Shown here: positions 16,196 to 16,318 of the stretch, in pieces
Layout: each line of letters opens with the position of its first letter
How positions within the stretch are numbered: position 1 is the first letter of the stretch
Program-made: the position numbers and the translations under genes
Source: Deltaproteobacteria bacterium
Lineage (GTDB): Bacteria; SAR324; NAC60-12
Assembly: GCA_038150265.1 (NCBI GenBank)
Contig: JAYOTF010000049.1
Span: forward strand, 362 to 16,679
Reading direction: 5' to 3'
DNA length: 16,318 bases
Notes under the pieces: generated by a model
Seen by the model: only the letters and a program-made list of their open reading frames with translations
Told to the model about the DNA's origin: nothing
The model's database searches: none

Positions 16196-16318
16196 GGAAA
16201 CTCCTGACACGAGGAACAAGAACGGCGTGCGCCCAACCGAAAGCTCTGGGGCTCGCCCAGGGGCGTTATCTTTACCTCAAGTTTTTCCGCCGGTCAACCG
16301 GTCGCCCACTGACACCGG

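Noticed and set aside
15072..16318. Genomic island integrated at tRNA-His
   Set aside because: No integrase, no duplicated tRNA 3' end in the window, and the downstream gene keeps the host composition and TCCGGA signature.
1..16318. CRISPR array, IS element or defence system
   Set aside because: No regularly spaced direct repeats, transposase, terminal inverted repeats or clustered defence genes seen. The single TerB-like gene is not enough.

Overview
GC-rich bacterial chromosomal window, possibly from a Deltaproteobacteria-like/SAR324-type organism (inference from gene style only). In order: a truncated PfaA/PKS-type acyltransferase fragment that breaks off at about 430; a TerB-like gene; a three-gene flagellar operon fliF-fliH-fliI (minus strand, no fliG/fliE/fliJ) behind a near-consensus sigma54 promoter; a lone branched-chain amino acid-type ABC substrate-binding protein; a beta-hydroxyacid dehydrogenase; ispD; pyrF; a DEDDy/RNase H-like exonuclease ending in a beta-clamp-like motif; a J-domain protein; a GT2 glycosyltransferase; three small exported glycine-zipper proteins that all end in a beta-signal-like Phe strand; an LptC-like gene; an orphan NtrB-like kinase; tRNA-His; and a PhyH-family dioxygenase. 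The best novelty candidates are the three-protein cluster beside lptC, the strong over-representation of the palindrome TCCGGA, the clamp-motif exonuclease and the fliG-less flagellar operon. No mobile element or CRISPR array was seen.
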